In this document: positions 61,166 through 64,000 of the stretch, piece by piece
Position numbering within the stretch: position 1 is the first letter of the stretch
How the letters are laid out: each line of letters opens with the position of its first letter
Assembly (NCBI GenBank): GCA_030248215.1
Contig: JASANG010002365.1
Span: forward strand, 1-64,000
Length of the DNA stretch: 64,000 bases
Origin: Enoplolaimus lenunculus
Taxonomy: Eukaryota
Direction: 5' to 3'
Made by a program: the position numbers and the translations under genes
The notes under the pieces: model-generated
Database searches by the model: none
What the model was told of the DNA's origin: nothing
What the model saw: only the letters and a program-made list of their open reading frames with translations

Positions 61166-63953
61166 ATGGCATCGACTGCGGAGATTTCCACCGATCCTCA
61201 ATGTTCATCGACAGAAGCCGCAAATGGTGATTGCATGAATATCGTAATATTTAAAAAGAAGCGACCAAAGCATGGCATTCGATCTCGAGGTTCTCATTGC
61301 ACCTCTGGTGATCCTCAGCAAAGCAACAGCGACGACGAAGATGACAAAGCAATAACATTATCTAAAGATATACGTGAATTACAGGTGAACATTTGCTACT
61401 GGAACTTTCTTGCCATAGCTTAGTTAACAGTGCCATAAGTTTAGTAGGCTATTGTGCGATGGTTTTAATTCTGAGTGTTTGCTGCTGATAATGAGGAGCA
61501 TTCCTACGAGGTTTCGATACCAAGACGCATGGCCAACAAATGCCTAGTTTAACGAGCTACCTCTGAGCCATGCCACTTCACAATCGGCTGTTGAGTTTTT
61601 AACTAAACTCTGCTAGCGCGTATTTTGATTCGTGCATGTTTTTACTGCTGCTGCATATGAACACACTACGTATGCATCAGCATTTTACCAGTGTGCTGCA
61701 TAAGCATGAGGTTTACACTTGCCGGTATCGGTATTTCACATCTGTCGGTTTTTTTCACAAGTTTCATTCTTGACCGTCAACTTAGTATTTTGTTCTAGCG
61801 CGGCAGTTTGCCATTACGCTCCCACCGTGGTCTTCATATTTTAAGATGGGATGGCTAGGCTACGACTGTTATTAGCTCTGCGTGTTTACAGCTGAAGTTG
61901 ACTGGCGTTCTTCGAGGTTTTAATTCCATGATCCGTGGCTTACAGATTCTCACTCCAGCATACTGCTACTTAACCACGCCCCTTCACAACCAGATGTAAT
62001 TTTATGCCGGAACCAAGAATCTGATCCAACCTTGATATGCATCAGAATTTTACGTATGTGCAGCATCAGCATGACGTTTTTACTTGCGTTCATGCATCCA
62101 CATGTCACAAGGGAACCCCGTTTATAGCTGGTTATCTTTTATTATCATATAACTGATTTCTTGTCATTACTTTAATCCAGCTATAAAGTTTAAATTATTG
62201 TGTTTAGAAGCTACGGAAGCGACCTTCTGGATTGAGTGTTGAATCACTAGCGTCAAATGAGCCGGTGAAAGAAAGTACAGAAACGTTTGATACAAATGAT
62301 CCGTTTAAATTAAAGGTTCAGCATTCATTTTAAATGTATTTTCGGTTAATAAAAACTACAGACATAATCGAGTTTAAATCGAATGTCAAAAGAAACCTAA
62401 GCAATTTGATTGACTAAACTTAGTTTACATTTGGTATGTTTGCATATATAACATTGTTCTATATGTATTGAAGATGAAATTATAATTCTGCTTTTTAAGA
62501 CTGGTGGAGTCGTTGACTTGAAGAAACTGAAACGATCTGAATGGGACGATGTAGATGTTGAAGAAAACATTAAACAAACATTCAGTCGAGAGTCTCATTT
62601 ACGGCGAGTTTTACACATTATTTCAACTGGTTATACATGATTATTATTGGTCAATTTCAGGTAGTGCTAAATCAAGGTTTTTATATGTGTACGTAATTGT
62701 GTTGACATTTTTGCATGCGTAGATATATCTTTTGTACCAATGGCCAATCGTATTGATAGGCTTTAACAGATAGGGAGCGATCGCCAATTTGTGCAACTAC
62801 TCATTATTGTACCGATCGCCTATCAACGCATGGATGTATACAAGGGGAAATTGAAGGCATATATAATCGTTTCTGAAATTTGTGGAGCAACGGGAAAGGT
62901 ATTTTCTCAGATTTGAATAAGCAGCGGTATTGTGAAGGCTGAAAATCTTCTCACTTGCTGTGGTTGCTCGTGAAAAACTTTAACATAACAGCATATCCTG
63001 CCCTATAACATTGTCCCTACTTGAAATTAAATCTTTGCTAAGCCCCAGTTCGAAGCAGTTAATAACAACTTATGCTTGTTTGTTGTTTTTCATCCATATC
63101 AATTTTTTTAATTTTTTTGTGTACTTAAGTACGTACGTGTATGTGTAAGTGTTGTTGAATTGCTGCAGAGATAGGTGTTTGGTACGTACAGATGTTTCAA
63201 TTGCCTATCCGTATGATGGCCAATTGGTAAGATAGGTGTTTGGTACATGACATTAGATCTACCTTTGATCACTGTTGCAATGCTTAGCTGTGTACTTACA
63301 CTTACACAGTGTATATTTTTGTTTTAGAGATGAAGATGAGGAAATGAGAAAGTACGTCGAAGAAGAACTCGCTGTGAGAACCGGGAAAAAGAGTGCTGCC
63401 GAAGCTGAAGAGAGCGATGCTGGAACTTCAAGCAACCAGGTTAAATATGTTTTTACACCTGCACGTATTTCGACGAAATTCCGTAAACACATCCCTGAGC
63501 CGGACAGCGACATATTTTGGAAGCGGATGTTGCATATCGTTTTGGTTTTGTGCGACTTATTTCTTTTGTATTATGTTTTTTATTTCAAATGTTTTGAAGC
63601 TTTAAATTCTATTCTTTTCAAACAATTTGTTTCTTTAAAAATAGTTCGTGTTGTACTTTATTACGTACAAGCTTGTGAATGTAGATTGTGCATTACATTA
63701 TTATACAGTGGCACTGTGTTTACTTGCGTTTATTTCGACCTAAATTAAACCTAAGTATATAGTTTTCTTTAATGAACTTGCAACTGTATTTTACGATTAA
63801 ACTAAGCTATTATTGTTGTCCTAACGTAACAGGATTCTAAAATTGAAGAAGAAATGTTTCAACTGCCTGATCGACTGAAAAAGTATCAAAGTACAAAAAC
63901 AGAAGAAATGTTGTCGAATCAGATGTTGTCTGGTATTCCAGAAGTTGATTTAG
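61166..63953 (+). CDS. C9orf78: Splicing factor C9orf78 / TLS1 (HCA59 family) homologue, 5' part; continues beyond the window
   Basis: Exons 61166-61384, 62208-62315, 62500-62603, 63328-63439, 63833-63953. Motifs ELQKLRKRPSGLS, DPFKLKTGGVVD, FSRESHLRDEDEEMRKYVEEEL, KTEEMLSNQMLSGIPEVDLG. Confidence 0.92.
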
Positions 63954-64000
63954 GTAAACATTCTGATGGTTTCATATTTGAATATAAATTAACGTTCTTT

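Overview
AT-rich, intron-rich animal genomic DNA. It is possibly nematode, inferred only from TTAGGC repeats and TTTCAG/TTTTAG acceptors. Five protein-coding genes can be assembled by hand with phase-consistent splice sites: (1) an intronless membrane tyrosine kinase with almost no ectodomain (1942-3804, +); (2) an 86-aa secreted peptide with four CX3C motifs, invisible in the ORF track (7221-11341, -); (3) a 5-exon glucose-6-phosphatase homologue that has lost both catalytic histidines and the motif-1 lysine (15872-21018, +), with an orphan duplicate of its first exon at 5809; (4) a 24-exon insulin-degrading-enzyme homologue with an apparent signal peptide (24302-48617, -); (5) the 5' part of C9orf78/TLS1 (61166 to window end, +). 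Non-coding DNA is packed with non-autonomous DNA transposons (MITEs). One family carries TTAGGC telomere-type arrays (8-bp TSD) and a piggyBac-type family carries a tRNA-Gly-like cassette. Mini- and microsatellites are also present. All alignments are by eye and from memory; nothing was searched.
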